From Deltaproteobacteria bacterium (lineage in GTDB: Bacteria > Myxococcota_A > Polyangia > Fen-1088), in contig JANRKS010000032.1 of assembly GCA_033763315.1 (NCBI GenBank), forward strand, positions 512,001-576,000: DNA of 64,000 nucleotides. The letters are read 5' to 3'. Positions 47,530-57,354 of this stretch are shown here, in pieces (position 1 is the first letter of the stretch; every line of letters begins with the position of its first letter). Made by a program: the position numbers and the translations under genes. The notes under the pieces are model-generated. The model was not told where the DNA came from and searched no databases. It saw only the letters and a list, made by a program, of their open reading frames with translations.

Positions 47530-48864
47530 ATGAAACGACGTACAAAGATCATTGCCACCTTGGGCCCCGCTCTTGATGAAGGCGACGCCTTGGAGCGGTT
47601 GCTGAAGGCCGGAGCCGACGTTTTGCGCGTGAACCTTTCGCACGCTTCACCCCGGCAGCAGCTCGATCGCGTGCGGCGCGCCCGCGCCATCAAGCCCGAC
47701 GTGGCCATCTTGGTTGATTTGTGTGGCCCGAAGTTGCGTTTGGGCGAGTTGCCGCAAGAAGTTCTAGTGCAGGCCGAAGAAATGGTGATTCTGGGCGCGG
47801 GGGGCATCCCGGTTGGCGATCCCACGCTTTACGCTCGTGTGCGACCGGGTGATCCTGTCTACATCGCGGACGGCACGATTGCCTTGGAGGCGATTTCATC
47901 GGGCAGCGATTACGTCAAGTGCCGCGTGATTGTGGGCGGGACCATACGTTCGCGCAAAGGCATCAATTTGCCGTTGGATGTCTCGTCGCTGCCGTGTTTG
48001 ACCGAAAAAGACAAGGCGGATTTGGCCGACATCGATATCTTGGAGCCTGACTTCGTTGCTTTGTCTTACGTGCGCCATGAGCAAGACCTGGCGGATTTGC
48101 GCAAGCTGACCAAGTACCCCATCGTTGCGAAGATCGAAAAGCAACAGGCACTGGATCGCTTAACGCAGATCGTGGCGTCCGCTGACGCGGTGATGGTGGC
48201 GCGCGGTGATCTGGGTGTTGAGATTCCGATCGAAAAAGTGCCTGCAAACCAAAAACGTTTGATTCGCGAGGCCAACCGCGTGGGGCACGGCGTGATCACG
48301 GCGACGCAGATGCTGATGTCGATGGTGACCAACCCACTGCCCACGCGCGCCGAAGTCACCGACGTGGCCAACGCCGTTCTCGATGGCACAGACGCCGTGA
48401 TGCTTTCTGAAGAAACCGCCGTGGGCCGCGATCCGGCTGGTGCGGTCAACATGATGGCGCGCGTGCTGGCCGAAACCGAACCGCTGTTGGTGGAGCACGA
48501 AGGGCCTTCGCGCTCGATTCCCGAAAATGCCTTGGCCTACGCCGCCGCCAAGCTCGCCGAAGATTTGGACGCGGCCGCCATCGTGGCGCCCACGCGCACA
48601 GGTCTCAGCGCGCTTCGTTTGGCGGCCTTTCGCCCGAAGCGGCCGATCTTGGCTTACAGCCGTGTGCCTGCCACCACGCGACGTCTGCACATGGCGTGGG
48701 GAGTGACTCCGATCGATCTGGTTGTTCCCGAAGGCGTGGATCCTTTGCAGGCCACCCTGGACGCCGCTCGACGTGATCTGCCACCTGGCTCGCGCGTGGT
48801 GCTGCTCGACATATCGCCGATGCATCCCGGCGTGCCTTCGTTGGTCAACGCCATCACGCTTTGA
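47530..48864 (+). CDS. pyk: Pyruvate kinase
   Basis: RRTKIIATLGP, AKIEK, MVARGDLGVE, ATQM, PTRAEVTDVANAVLDGTDAVMLSEETA. Confidence 0.95.
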   Translation: MKRRTKIIATLGPALDEGDALERLLKAGADVLRVNLSHASPRQQLDRVRRARAIKPDVAILVDLCGPKLRLGELPQEVLVQAEEMVILGAGGIPVGDPTLYARVRPGDPVYIADGTIALEAISSGSDYVKCRVIVGGTIRSRKGINLPLDVSSLPCLTEKDKADLADIDILEPDFVALSYVRHEQDLADLRKLTKYPIVAKIEKQQALDRLTQIVASADAVMVARGDLGVEIPIEKVPANQKRLIREANRVGHGVITATQMLMSMVTNPLPTRAEVTDVANAVLDGTDAVMLSEETAVGRDPAGAVNMMARVLAETEPLLVEHEGPSRSIPENALAYAAAKLAEDLDAAAIVAPTRTGLSALRLAAFRPKRPILAYSRVPATTRRLHMAWGVTPIDLVVPEGVDPLQATLDAARRDLPPGSRVVLLDISPMHPGVPSLVNAITL

Positions 48865-48884
48865 AGGCTACGCGCGGTGCCTGG

Positions 48885-49706
48885 TCACAGGGGCTGCTTC
48901 GCTGTCGCGACCGTTTTTAACAGATTCAACGCTTGCTCGTGCACAAGGCCGTTGGTTGCCAACACGCGGCCTGTGCGCGCGTCAAACGTGCCGCCATCCA
49001 CATCGGATACGCGCCCCCCGGCCGCCACAACCAAGGCGGCCCCCGCGGCGATGTCCCACGATTGAATGTGGGCCTCCCAATAGCCTTCGATCCAACCCGC
49101 TGCCACAAAGGCAAGATCCAGCGCCGCCGAGCCCACCCGCCGCACGCCGTGCGTGGTGTGAATGAAGGCAGCAAATTCAGGCATGTTCGCGTTTGGTTGG
49201 CCCGCGACGTAAGGAAACCCAGTGGCAAACAATCCATGCGGCAGCGCGGCCGTATGTGAAACCGCTATCGGCATGCCATTGCGCGTGGCCCCGCCCCCCA
49301 CCATGCCCGCGAACGTCCACCCGAGCGCCGGCGCGTGCACCACGCCCACCACGGGCGCATCGTTTACGACCAAACCGATGGACACCGCAAAGAAGGGCAA
49401 GCCATGGGCGAAGTTCATCGTGCCATCCAAAGGATCCACATACCAAACGCACTTGGCGTGGCTTGGGCCAATGCGGCTGCCTTCCTCGCCCACGATGGCG
49501 TGTTCGGGAAAATCGGCGGCCAAGCGCTTCATCACCACCTCTTCGGCGCGCTTGTCATATTCAGTCACCAGGTCGGTGGGCGCGGATTTGGTTTGAGTGG
49601 CCGGTCGTTGCCCCCAGCCCTGCAACAGCACCTCGCCCGCCGCGTGTGCGGTTGCCACTGTCAACGGCAACACATTGGGGTTCAACAAAGGTGTCGTAAA
49701 GGCCAT
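48885..49706 (-). CDS. suhB: Inositol monophosphatase family protein (SuhB-like)
   Basis: DLVTEYD, GEE, DPLDGTMNF, RRVGSAALDL, WDIAAG. Confidence 0.85.
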   Translation of the reverse strand: MAFTTPLLNPNVLPLTVATAHAAGEVLLQGWGQRPATQTKSAPTDLVTEYDKRAEEVVMKRLAADFPEHAIVGEEGSRIGPSHAKCVWYVDPLDGTMNFAHGLPFFAVSIGLVVNDAPVVGVVHAPALGWTFAGMVGGGATRNGMPIAVSHTAALPHGLFATGFPYVAGQPNANMPEFAAFIHTTHGVRRVGSAALDLAFVAAGWIEGYWEAHIQSWDIAAGAALVVAAGGRVSDVDGGTFDARTGRVLATNGLVHEQALNLLKTVATAKQPL

Positions 49707-49767
49707 GCCCTCATCGATACCACGGCCCGTCGCGTCTGCGAGGGCAAAGCGCTGTTCACGCGGGTAC

Positions 49768-50856
49768 CTAGCCCACGACCGTGGGCAGCGGCGGCTCGAA
49801 GGTCTTGCTTGAATCGGCGAACACCCGCGCCCGCGCCGCGTCCAGGTGCACAACATCGCCCGCCACCAAAGCCAGCCGATCCACTTCGTCTTGCGGCATG
49901 TGCACCGAAAGCGATTCACCGCTTTGGGTGGTGACATCCACCTTGGCGATGGAGCCAGCAAACACCAGCCGCGCCACGGTCACAGGGGTGCCATAGTTGG
50001 GATCGCGGCTGATGCGCAGGTCGTGCGGCCTCACGATCGTGCGCACGGGGGAGCCATCGGGCATGCGTTCGGTGACGGTGACGTCCACGCCAGGGGCGCT
50101 CGCGCGGCCGTTGCTCACGCGACCCATCAACACGTTGGCCATGCCCACGAACGACGCCACGAAAGGCGTGCGCGGCGCTTCGTAAATTTCGCGTGGCGTG
50201 CCCACCTGGTGGATGCGTCCTCGATCAAGGACAACGATGCGATCCGATAGCTCAAGCGCCTCTTCCTGATCGTGCGTCACCATCAACGTGGTGATGTGCG
50301 TGCGTTCGTGCAATTCGCGCAGAAACTGTCGCAACTCCAACCGCACTTGCGCGTCCAAGGCGCCAAAGGGTTCATCCAGCAGCAAGATCTTGGGGTGGGG
50401 GGCCAAGGCGCGTGCAAAACCCACGCGTTGACGTTGCCCGCCTGAAAGTTGTGACGGGTAGCGATGGCCGAGCCCCTGCAGCTTTACCAGATCAAGCAGC
50501 TCTTCCACACGGGCATCGATCTGCGCTTGCTTCATCTTGCGCACGCGCAAGCCAAACGCGATGTTCTCTTTGATGTTCATGTCGGGGAACAGCGCGAAGG
50601 TTTGAAACACGAAACCAAAGCTGCGATCGCGCACGGGCGTGAAGGTGATGTCTTCGTCGCCCAAGATCACGCGGCCCTCATCGGCGGTTTCAAGGCCTGA
50701 AATCACGCGCAGAAGCGTGGTCTTGCCCGAACCCGAGGGGCCCAGCAGCGTTGTTATGCCGCCGGGGGCCGCCTCGAAGCTGGTTTCAAAGATCGCAGGT
50801 GTGCCTTTGAGCGTGAATCGTTTGGTCAGTTTTTCAACGGTCAGCGTTCGAATCAT
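49768..50856 (-). CDS. cysA: Sulfate ABC transporter ATP-binding protein
   Basis: GPSGSGKT, LSGGQRQR, LLDEPFGALD, TOBE-like end. Confidence 0.92.
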   Translation of the reverse strand: MIRTLTVEKLTKRFTLKGTPAIFETSFEAAPGGITTLLGPSGSGKTTLLRVISGLETADEGRVILGDEDITFTPVRDRSFGFVFQTFALFPDMNIKENIAFGLRVRKMKQAQIDARVEELLDLVKLQGLGHRYPSQLSGGQRQRVGFARALAPHPKILLLDEPFGALDAQVRLELRQFLRELHERTHITTLMVTHDQEEALELSDRIVVLDRGRIHQVGTPREIYEAPRTPFVASFVGMANVLMGRVSNGRASAPGVDVTVTERMPDGSPVRTIVRPHDLRISRDPNYGTPVTVARLVFAGSIAKVDVTTQSGESLSVHMPQDEVDRLALVAGDVVHLDAARARVFADSSKTFEPPLPTVVG

Positions 50857-51733
50857 GACGCAGTCCTTCTTGATACCACTCAAAAAGCTTCTTCGTGCTC
50901 AAGGTGATCACTGCCACCAAGGTTAGCAACGACGCCACGGCAAAGGCGCTCGTAAAGTCATACTCGTTGTAAAGGATTTCGACCTGCAGCGGCATCGTGT
51001 TGGTTTCGCCGCGGATGTGGCCCGAAACCACCGAAACGGCACCGAATTCACCTAACGCGCGGGCTGTGCATAACACCACACCGTAAAGCACCGCCCACTT
51101 GATCTTGGGCAGTGTGACACGAAAGAACACGGTGAAGCCGCTCGCACCCAAGGTCAGCGCGGCCTCTTCTTCATCGTTGCCAGCGGCTTCGAGGGCTGGC
51201 AGCACTTCGCGCGCCACGAAGGGGAATGTGACGAACGCGGTGGCCAGCACGATGCCCGGCAACGCAAAGATGATTTTAATGTCGTGGCTTTGCAGCCAGG
51301 GGCCAAGCAGGCCCTGCGCACCAAACAGCAGCACGAAGATAAGGCCGCTGATCACGGGCGACACGCTAAATGGCAAGTCGATCACCGTGCTGAGCAGACG
51401 CCGGCCCCAAAAGCGATGCTTGGTGAGCAGCCACGCCGCCGATACGCCGAAGATCGTGTTGGCGGGCACCACAATCAAGGCGGCAAACAACGACAAGCGA
51501 ATGGCGGCCCACGTCTCAGGGTTGGCCAGCGCGGCGGCGTATCCCGCCCAGCCTTTGCGAAAGGCCTCCACGAACACCAGCGCCAAGGGCAGGGCCACCA
51601 AGCCGCCCAATCCCACCACGGTAAACGTGATCAAGATGGCGCGCACGCCAAGCGGTTCCGTGATCACAGCCTTGTTCGCACGTCGGCGGGCCTCGGTTGA
51701 AACGGGCACCAACCCAGGAACGGCGCTAGCCAT
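50834..51733 (-). CDS. cysW: Sulfate ABC permease
   Basis: IDLPFSVSPV, GEFGAVSVVSGHIRGETNT. Confidence 0.95.
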   Translation of the reverse strand: MASAVPGLVPVSTEARRRANKAVITEPLGVRAILITFTVVGLGGLVALPLALVFVEAFRKGWAGYAAALANPETWAAIRLSLFAALIVVPANTIFGVSAAWLLTKHRFWGRRLLSTVIDLPFSVSPVISGLIFVLLFGAQGLLGPWLQSHDIKIIFALPGIVLATAFVTFPFVAREVLPALEAAGNDEEEAALTLGASGFTVFFRVTLPKIKWAVLYGVVLCTARALGEFGAVSVVSGHIRGETNTMPLQVEILYNEYDFTSAFAVASLLTLVAVITLSTKKLFEWYQEGLRHDSNADR

Positions 51734-52580
51734 TGAACGTTCGCCTCCGCAATTGCATTTGCAACAGATTCACCGCCAGCAACGTGAGGAACGATCCCGC
51801 CAACATCACCAGCGCGAGCGCTGTGGCTTCGGCGTATTGGTATTGTTCAAGCTGCGTGACGATGAGCAGCGGCACGATCTCTGTGGCGAAAGGCATGTTG
51901 CCCGAGATGAACACCACCGAACCGTATTCGCCCACGGCTCGCGCAAACGCCAAAGCAAACCCCGTGAGCAGCGCGGGCCACAAGGAAGGCAACAACACCT
52001 TGACGAAGGTTCGCCAGCGGCTGGCGCCCAACACCGCGGCGGCCTCTTCGGTTTGCGGATCCAGCGACAGCAACAGGGGCTCGACCGTGCGAATCACAAA
52101 AGGAATGCCCACGAAAATCATGGCGACGATCACGCCAATCGGCGCGAAGGCCACTTTGATCCCCCATGGTTCGAGCCAGCGGCCAATCAGCCCTTCGGGG
52201 GCGTAAAGCGTCGTCAGTGTGATGCCGGCAACCGCGGTGGGCAACGCCAAGGGCAAGTCCACCAAAGCGTCCACAAACGCACGACCTGGGAAACGGTAAC
52301 GCGCCAACGTCCATGCGAAGACCACGCCTAAAGCCAGGTTCACAAACGCCGCCACCGCCGCGCCGCCAAAGCTAAGCTTGTAAGCGGCGAGCGCGCGCGG
52401 CGAAGACACCGCCGCCCAGAAATCCGCCCACGACAAGCTGGTGGTGCGCCACACCAACGCCGCCAACGGAATCAGCACGAGCAGCGTGACGTATGAAAGC
52501 GTGATGCCAAGGGTCAGGCCGAAGCCTGGCAGCGCGGCTTTGGCGCGCGCGCGGCGGCGGCCTTTGATGAGCGCGGTCAC
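51726..52580 (-). CDS. cysT: Sulfate ABC permease
   Basis: LPGFGLTLG, VDLPLALPTAVAG, GEYGSVVFISGN. Confidence 0.95.
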   Translation of the reverse strand: MTALIKGRRRARAKAALPGFGLTLGITLSYVTLLVLIPLAALVWRTTSLSWADFWAAVSSPRALAAYKLSFGGAAVAAFVNLALGVVFAWTLARYRFPGRAFVDALVDLPLALPTAVAGITLTTLYAPEGLIGRWLEPWGIKVAFAPIGVIVAMIFVGIPFVIRTVEPLLLSLDPQTEEAAAVLGASRWRTFVKVLLPSLWPALLTGFALAFARAVGEYGSVVFISGNMPFATEIVPLLIVTQLEQYQYAEATALALVMLAGSFLTLLAVNLLQMQLRRRTFNG

Positions 52581-52589
52581 GGCGATTCT

Positions 52590-53615
52590 CTAACGTCGCG
52601 CCGTGGCGTAGATCTGGTCGAAAGAAGCGCCATCGGCAAAGTGCGCTTTTTGCGCCGCCTGCCAACCGCCGAAGTCTTTGGCCACCGTGACCAGCTCAAT
52701 CTTAGGGAATTGCGCCGCCCACTTCGCCGCCACCGCCTTGTCGCGCGGCCGATAGAAATTCTTGGCGATGATCTCTTGCGCTTGCGGGGCGTAAAGATAC
52801 CTCAAGTATTCTTGCGCCAACGCCAAGGTGCCGCGCTTGCTGGCCACCTTCTCAACCACCGCCACCGAAGGTTCGGCCAAAATGCTCAATGACGGCACAA
52901 CGATCGCGAACTTGTCAGCGCCGAATTCGCGCAGGATGAGGTGCGCTTCGCTTTCCCACGAGATCAACACATCGCCAATGCCTCGCTGGGCAAACGTGGT
53001 GGTCGCACCGCGGGCGCCTGAGTCAAGCACAGGCACGTTCTTGAACAGATCGCGAATGTAGCCTTGCGTCTTGCTGTTGTCGCCTTTCCACTGCTTGGTC
53101 GCCCAAGCCCAGGCTGCCAGGTAGTTCCACCGCGCGCCGCCCGAAGTCTTCGGGTTTGGTGTGATGACTTTGGTGCCCGCTTTGGTCAAGTCGCCCCAGT
53201 CTTTGATCCCTTTGGGGTTGTTCTTCCGCACCACGAACACAATCGTGGACGTATAAGGGGTGCTGTTGTCTGGAAGCTTGCTTTGCCAGTTCTTGGGCAG
53301 CAGGTCACTCTTCTCCGCAATGGCATCCACATCCAACGCCAAGGCCAAGGTCACCACGTCGGCGGGCAAGCCATCAATGACGGCGCGGGCCTGCTTGCCC
53401 GAACCCCCGTGGGACTGTTTGATCTGCGGCGTGGCGCCCTTGGTCTTCTTCCAGTGTTCCGTGAACAGTTTGTTGTAGTCCACGAACAGCTCACGGGTGG
53501 GATCGTACGACGCATTCAAGATGGCGTCTTCGGCGGATGCCACGCGGGAGCACCCTAGCGCAACAACAGCAGCGGCAAAAACCAGGCGGCGGGTGAACGT
53601 GAACGACCGATTCAT
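52590..53615 (-). CDS. sbp: Sulfate-binding periplasmic protein
   Basis: [45 protein letters not shown]. Confidence 0.95.
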   Translation of the reverse strand: MNRSFTFTRRLVFAAAVVALGCSRVASAEDAILNASYDPTRELFVDYNKLFTEHWKKTKGATPQIKQSHGGSGKQARAVIDGLPADVVTLALALDVDAIAEKSDLLPKNWQSKLPDNSTPYTSTIVFVVRKNNPKGIKDWGDLTKAGTKVITPNPKTSGGARWNYLAAWAWATKQWKGDNSKTQGYIRDLFKNVPVLDSGARGATTTFAQRGIGDVLISWESEAHLILREFGADKFAIVVPSLSILAEPSVAVVEKVASKRGTLALAQEYLRYLYAPQAQEIIAKNFYRPRDKAVAAKWAAQFPKIELVTVAKDFGGWQAAQKAHFADGASFDQIYATARR

Positions 53616-53623
53616 AATTAGAG

Positions 53624-53652
53624 ACGGTAGTCTGGTATAGTGGACAAGTCAA
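53624..53652 (-). promoter_or_regulatory. sigma70-type promoter of sbp with palindromic operator in the spacer
   Basis: Minus strand TTGACT-N17-TACCGT, 8 nt before ATG; spacer TGTCCACTATACCAGAC. Confidence 0.6.
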
Positions 53653-53678
53653 GCAACTGTTCCGTTTGGCGGACGAAA

Positions 53679-53709
53679 GTCTTGTATTACAACAAGACCG
53701 CTTTAAACT
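53679..53709 (+). promoter_or_regulatory. Promoter/operator of the XRE gene (likely leaderless)
   Basis: TTGTAT-N16-TAAACT, 6 nt before GTG; inverted repeat GTCTTGT-N6-ACAAGAC (53679-53698). Confidence 0.5.
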
Positions 53710-53715
53710 GGAGCC

Positions 53716-54363
53716 GTGAGCACCGCAGCGAAATCCAAGACCGAAGCCAAGGCCAACCGGGGGTCCAAGCGCGAGGGGGCCATCCCTGCCGGCGACGACG
53801 TGGGGGCCGCTGACCTGACCCGCCGCATCGCGCAGCGCCTGAAATCGGAACGAGCGGCGCGCAATATGTCGTTGGATGAGTTGGCAAAGGCCTCCGGGGT
53901 CAGCCGGGCGGCGCTGTCTCAGATTGAAACGCTCAAGAGCAACCCCTCGATTGGGGTGCTTTGGAAGATCGCCGTGGGCTTGGGCTTGCCTTTCGCCGAG
54001 CTGCTGGACGAGCAACGCCACGAAGGCGCCGTCCTGCGCCGGGGTGAGACGCAGGTGCTCAAGTCGCCGGATGGCCGGTTTGAAAGCCGCCCTTTGTCGC
54101 CCGCGGGCGTCACGCCGTTCGTGGAGGTGTACGAGCTTCGGCTGGCGGCTCGCGCCCGCTATGCATCCGAAGCCCATGCGCCCGGCACGCGCGAGATCTT
54201 GGTGGTGCTCAGCGGCCTGCTGAAGGTCAGCGTTGGCGACAGCGTGTTTGAGTTGGAGCCTGGTGATTCGTTGGCGTTCGTGGCGGATCAGCCGCACGTC
54301 TACGAGAACCCCGCCAACAGCGAAGCCCGTTACCACAACGTCATCGTTTACGGACGAACATAG
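53716..54363 (+). CDS. XRE-family HTH plus cupin regulator (SutR/PuuR-like)
   Basis: SLDELAKASGVSRAALSQIE..SNPSIGVLWKIA; cupin GDSLAFVADQPHVYEN. Confidence 0.92.
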   Translation: MSTAAKSKTEAKANRGSKREGAIPAGDDVGAADLTRRIAQRLKSERAARNMSLDELAKASGVSRAALSQIETLKSNPSIGVLWKIAVGLGLPFAELLDEQRHEGAVLRRGETQVLKSPDGRFESRPLSPAGVTPFVEVYELRLAARARYASEAHAPGTREILVVLSGLLKVSVGDSVFELEPGDSLAFVADQPHVYENPANSEARYHNVIVYGRT

Positions 54364-54368
54364 GCGTT

Positions 54369-54977
54369 TCACCGGCTGGCGATGCGCGACTGCGCCGCGG
54401 CCTTACGCTCTTGCCACGCGGCGAGCACGCGACGCACGTAGGCTTGGGTTTCTCGAATGTCGGGCACGCGATCCTTTACGTTTCCTGGGCCTGCATTGTA
54501 GGCGGCGATGGCCAGCGGCCACTGGTGGTACCGCTTCATCAGACGCGAAAGATAGCGGCCGCCCGCATCCACGTTGGTTTGTGGATCGAACGGATCCAAC
54601 ACGTGCAAGTCGGCGGCGGTGCCGGGCATCAGTTGCGCGGGCCCCATCGCGCCCGTGGGCGAGATGCGATGAACTTGGTTGTTTGATTCGATCGTCACCA
54701 GCGCGGCCAGCAAGTGCCGGGGCAACTTGTGGCGCCGTTCTGTTTGTGCAATCCACGCGTCCAAATCCAGCACGTCGTGCCCTTGGCCAAGGCAGCCCGC
54801 ACGGTGGTGCGCGTAGGCAGCCAGCGCGTGTGCTTTTTGTTTCAAAAAAAACGGCGACAAAGGGAACACGGCGCTGCTGCCACAGATGGCCACCGTTAGG
54901 TTCAAAGCTGCCAATGGCGACAGCGCCACCAAGGCGACCCACAACCAGCGGTGACTTCTTGTTATTGCCTTGGCCAC
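54369..54977 (-). CDS. Lytic transglycosylase (SLT domain)
   Basis: IESN, SPTGAMGPAQLMPGTA, AAYNAGPG, ETQAYV. Confidence 0.9.
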   Translation of the reverse strand: MAKAITRSHRWLWVALVALSPLAALNLTVAICGSSAVFPLSPFFLKQKAHALAAYAHHRAGCLGQGHDVLDLDAWIAQTERRHKLPRHLLAALVTIESNNQVHRISPTGAMGPAQLMPGTAADLHVLDPFDPQTNVDAGGRYLSRLMKRYHQWPLAIAAYNAGPGNVKDRVPDIRETQAYVRRVLAAWQERKAAAQSRIASR

Positions 54978-55057
54978 GGCCGGCCAGTTTCGTCCGTTGC
55001 ACGCCTGCGCGCAAGAAACCGTATGCGCTCCGCCCCGCTTGCTAGGCTACGCACGTT

Positions 55058-55735
55058 TTGTCGTCGCCCGCGCCCATAAGAGTTCTGCTGATCGGCAACA
55101 GCCACACTCACGTCAACAATGTGCCTGCGTTGTTGCAGAAGGTACTTGTGTGGGGCACAGGGCGGCCCGTCACCTGCTTGGGCTGCACCACAGACAGCGT
55201 GAGCCTGCAATGGCACTGGAATCACCACGCGTCTCGGCGCGCGCTGGATGCAGGGCCTTACGATTTTGTCGTGTTGCAAGATCGCAGCGGTGCGCCGCTT
55301 GAAGATCCGCATTCAACGCGCACCTACGCAGGCCTGTGGTGTGACGCCGTGAAACACCACAACGCCGAACCCGTGCTCTATATGACGTGGGCCTTGGCAG
55401 ACGCGCCGCAGACACAGCGCCAGATCAGCATGGTCTACGACGAAGTGGCGGCCGCGCATGGAGCCCACGTGGCCCCGGTGGGGTTGGCCTGGCAGCGCGC
55501 GGGCTATATGGCGCACAAGCCAGCGCTTTATGATCCTGACGGGCGTCATGCGGCGCCCGCCGGATCGTTTTTGGCGGCCGCCGTTGTGGCGCAAACCATC
55601 GCCCCCGACGTGTCGTGGCGTGCCTTGCGCGAGCCGCCACCGGTGTTTGCTTCACTGTCGCCCGAACAGGTGTTGACGCTGATGAGCGTCGCCGCACAAA
55701 CAATTCTTGCACGTCTACGCCCCGCGGGGGCGTAA
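55058..55735 (+). CDS. SGNH/GDSL hydrolase-like protein
   Basis: RVLLIGNSHT, DFVVLQ, APVGLAW, DGRH. Confidence 0.75.
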   Translation: MSSPAPIRVLLIGNSHTHVNNVPALLQKVLVWGTGRPVTCLGCTTDSVSLQWHWNHHASRRALDAGPYDFVVLQDRSGAPLEDPHSTRTYAGLWCDAVKHHNAEPVLYMTWALADAPQTQRQISMVYDEVAAAHGAHVAPVGLAWQRAGYMAHKPALYDPDGRHAAPAGSFLAAAVVAQTIAPDVSWRALREPPPVFASLSPEQVLTLMSVAAQTILARLRPAGA

Positions 55736-55749
55736 CATCGTTGATTCGC

Positions 55750-56376
55750 ATGCAACGTCGTCCGCCCGCCACACACCCCGCCTCCAAGGCGAAACCATCT
55801 GACGAAGCCGATGAGTCACAGGCCGCTGCAAAAGAGGAAAAGAATTACATCACGCCCGCGGGTTACAGGCGGCTGACCGAAGAGCTCGATTACCTGCGGT
55901 TCAAGAAGCGCTCGGAGGTTGTGAGCGCGCTGTCGGACGCGGCCGCTGAAGGTGATCGTTCGGAGAACGCGGAATACATCTATCGCAAGAAGCAGTTGCG
56001 GGAGATCGACAAGCGCATTCGTTTCTTGGCGAAGCGGATCGACGTGGCGGTGGTGACCGACCCGCGCGAGCAAAAACAAACCGAGCGAGTGTTTTTCGGC
56101 GCCACCGTAACCGTGGAAGATGGCAACGGCGAACAGGCCACTTACCGCATCGTGGGGGTCGACGAGATCGACGGCGTCAACCACGCCATTTCGTGGCGAT
56201 CCCCGGTGGGCCGCGCGCTGCTGGGCAAACGGCTTGATGACACCGTGACCGTCGCCTTGAACGCAGGCGCGCGTGAGCTCACCATCGTGGAGATCTCGTA
56301 CGCCATCCCCGCCACGCAAGACAGCTCGCCCCCGGCATATCTTTCCCCCGAGCGGAAACTTTTGCCTAACCGCTAG
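55750..56376 (+). CDS. greB: Transcription elongation factor GreB
   Basis: NYITPAGY, GDRSENAEYIYRKKQLREIDKRIRFL, IVGVDE, ISWRSP. Confidence 0.95.
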   Translation: MQRRPPATHPASKAKPSDEADESQAAAKEEKNYITPAGYRRLTEELDYLRFKKRSEVVSALSDAAAEGDRSENAEYIYRKKQLREIDKRIRFLAKRIDVAVVTDPREQKQTERVFFGATVTVEDGNGEQATYRIVGVDEIDGVNHAISWRSPVGRALLGKRLDDTVTVALNAGARELTIVEISYAIPATQDSSPPAYLSPERKLLPNR

Positions 56377-56409
56377 GCCGCGCGGCGCCACGCCTTTGAC
56401 ATGTTTGTT

Positions 56410-56425
56410 CGGCCCTGATCTTGCT
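56410..56425 (+). promoter_or_regulatory. sigma54 promoter (flgF-like)
   Basis: CGGCCC-TGATC-TTGCT. Confidence 0.6.
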
Positions 56426-56466
56426 GTTGTGAAGGCACGTCGGCTTTCCGACATAGCGAGGAAATC

Positions 56467-57168
56467 ATGTCGAATGGTCTTTATGTATCAATGGCAGGCG
56501 CGGCCGCTCGGTCGGAGCAATTGGACGCGATTTCCGACAACTTAGCCAACGTGCAGACACCAGGCTTTCGGTCGACGAAGGTGGCGTTTCAATCCTTTTT
56601 GGCCTCGCCGGGTGTGACGGACAAGGTGTTTCCTGCCGCCGTGTCTTCCGGTTTGGACATGAAGCCCGGTCAGCAAGTTGTCACGGACAGCCCGATGGAC
56701 GTGGTGCCCGATGGCATGACCTTCATGGCCGTGGGGCAACCCAATGGCGCCGTTGCCTACACGCGCAATGGCGCCTTGCAAGTCATCAATAACACGTTGG
56801 TGTCGGGAGGCATGCCCGTCATGGACGTCACCGGCAAGGCGATCATGATTCCGCCAGATGGTGAACCTCGCATGGATCCCGATGGCAGCGTTTTCGTGGG
56901 CAGCCAAGTGGTGGGGCGTGTCGCTACGTTTGAGCTCAGCGGCAACATCCAGCGCTTGGGCGCCACATTGTATGCGCCAGGGCCGGGCGGTGCGGCCACC
57001 CCGGCGGCAGAGCCTGCATTGGCGGTGGGCGAGCTCGAAATGGGGTATCCGTTGGAAGCCAGCATCGGCATGATTACGGCCCAACGCAGCTACGATATGT
57101 CGATCAAAGCGCTTGAGACCTACCGCAGCCTCGACACCCGCGCCGTAGAGATTGGCCGCGTTCGCTGA
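56467..57168 (+). CDS. flgF: Flagellar basal-body rod protein FlgF/FlgG-like (orphan)
   Basis: GLYVSMAG, ISDNLANVQTPGF, YTRNG, MITAQRSY. Confidence 0.8.
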   Translation: MSNGLYVSMAGAAARSEQLDAISDNLANVQTPGFRSTKVAFQSFLASPGVTDKVFPAAVSSGLDMKPGQQVVTDSPMDVVPDGMTFMAVGQPNGAVAYTRNGALQVINNTLVSGGMPVMDVTGKAIMIPPDGEPRMDPDGSVFVGSQVVGRVATFELSGNIQRLGATLYAPGPGGAATPAAEPALAVGELEMGYPLEASIGMITAQRSYDMSIKALETYRSLDTRAVEIGRVR

Positions 57169-57354
57169 CCCTGCCGCGCGAGTTACGTTGGTTTTCCGGT
57201 TACGAAACCCGGTCGAAATGCAAAGTCGCTAACTTCTATTGCGTCGAACCGACGAGCACTTCGGCCTCGGGACGTCACGGGCGCGGCGTGACCGCGTGTG
57301 TGAACGGATGACCCTGGCAGGCTGAAGAACCCATGGGGTCAAGGAGAAGGCTTC

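Noticed and set aside
48885-49706. CysQ (PAP phosphatase) because it follows cysA
   Set aside because: Motifs (GTMNFAHG, RRVGSAALDL) are SuhB-type
51099-54372. Long alternative ORFs (51099..52331 plus, 53491..54372 minus)
   Set aside because: Antisense shadows of cysW/cysT and the XRE gene, typical of GC-rich DNA
57200-57235. c-di-GMP-I riboswitch (GAAA...GCAAAG)
   Set aside because: Required stems and spacing are not present
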